Origin: Moniliella sp. 'wahieum'
Taxonomy: Eukaryota
Assembly: GCA_003971905.1 (NCBI GenBank)
Contig: RSEE01000004.1
Location: 310,001 to 374,000 of the forward strand
Direction of reading: 5' to 3'
Length of the DNA: 64,000 bases
Both the position numbers and the translations under genes were made by a program. The notes below the pieces were generated by a model that was given only the letters and a program-made list of their open reading frames with translations, did not search any database and had not been told where the DNA came from. Within the stretch, counting starts at the first letter, position 1. Each line of letters opens with the position of its first letter. Positions 63,251 to 64,000 of this stretch are shown piece after piece.

Positions 63251-64000
63251 GGCCGCCGCGCAGAGGGGGTGGGGAGGAGGGGGTGATGGATGGCGATGGG
63301 GGCGATGGGCGATGGGGACGACGGCGGGCAGGCAGGCTCAACTCAGCATGGAGCTGGCTGTGCTGGCTGCTGGCCACCGTCCTGCGGATCTGAGATCTGA
63401 CGGGCTGACCGATGAGCACGAGTGAGCGCTGAGCCTCAGCGGTGTGCTGGACGGGCAGCTCAGCGTGGCTGGCGCCCTGCCGAGCCGCGCCTTCAGCGTG
63501 CATGCACCCATGTCACATGTCAGCCTGCTTAGCTTGGGCTCAGCGTGCGCGCGTGACGCTGAGCGCCCGGCCGCCTCAGCCCTGGCGAGCTCAGCCACGC
63601 AGTAACTCAGCGCTCCGCTGGCTAGTGGCTCAGTGTTGTTAACTGTGTTGAGACTCACGGAGTGCCTGGTGTTGTGTGGGCCTGCAACCAGGTCCCACCC
63701 ACCAGTTACTAGTAACTAGTAGCCCAGTCCCAGCGCCATCCCAGTGCGGCACTCAGACCGCGCACCCACCCGACCCCCCAGCCCCCGCCACGCGCGCGGC
63801 GAGCGCGTCGCTGACATCATCCTCTCTCCCGCCGCACAAAGGCGCTGCTGCTCCGTGGCCTGTTCTGCCTCAACCAACGCGCCGCGTTCTCGGCATCCAC
63901 CACGCCTGGTGATGGCCCGACGCGGCAACCCTGGCCAGCACCGCAGATCATGCATCATGCATCATGCATGTGCACCATGCCCCATAGCATCATGTGACTC

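Overview
Gene-dense, GC-rich fungal DNA with short GT..CTRAC..YAG introns, most likely a basidiomycete (inferred from a DUF6534-like gene and gene architecture). Almost every gene, including essential ones, is broken by single-base frameshifts, mostly at homopolymers, so this looks like an unpolished long-read assembly rather than pseudogenes. Recognisable genes: alanyl-tRNA synthetase, RPB10, PRMT1/HMT1, CCT5, ADP/ATP carrier, mitochondrial Hsp70, NOP53, an Osh1/Osh2-type oxysterol-binding protein, peflin, a GH1 beta-glucosidase, a Zn2Cys6 factor, DUF1765-like and DUF6534-like proteins, and a small Cys-rich putative GPI protein. There is also a ~4,500-aa coiled-coil protein with a ~10-kb PEVK-like repeat array. 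The most unusual signal is non-coding: intergenic and promoter DNA repeatedly carries 7-bp-phased chains of T(G/C)A plus a 4-bp palindrome (A-NNNN-T palindromic hexamers spaced by one base). At least 11 different palindromic cores are used, and they are mixed within single chains. Also found: a ~93-bp inverted repeat enclosing such arrays, and a 5'-truncated CRE-clade-like non-LTR retrotransposon fragment with a candidate 7-bp target-site duplication.
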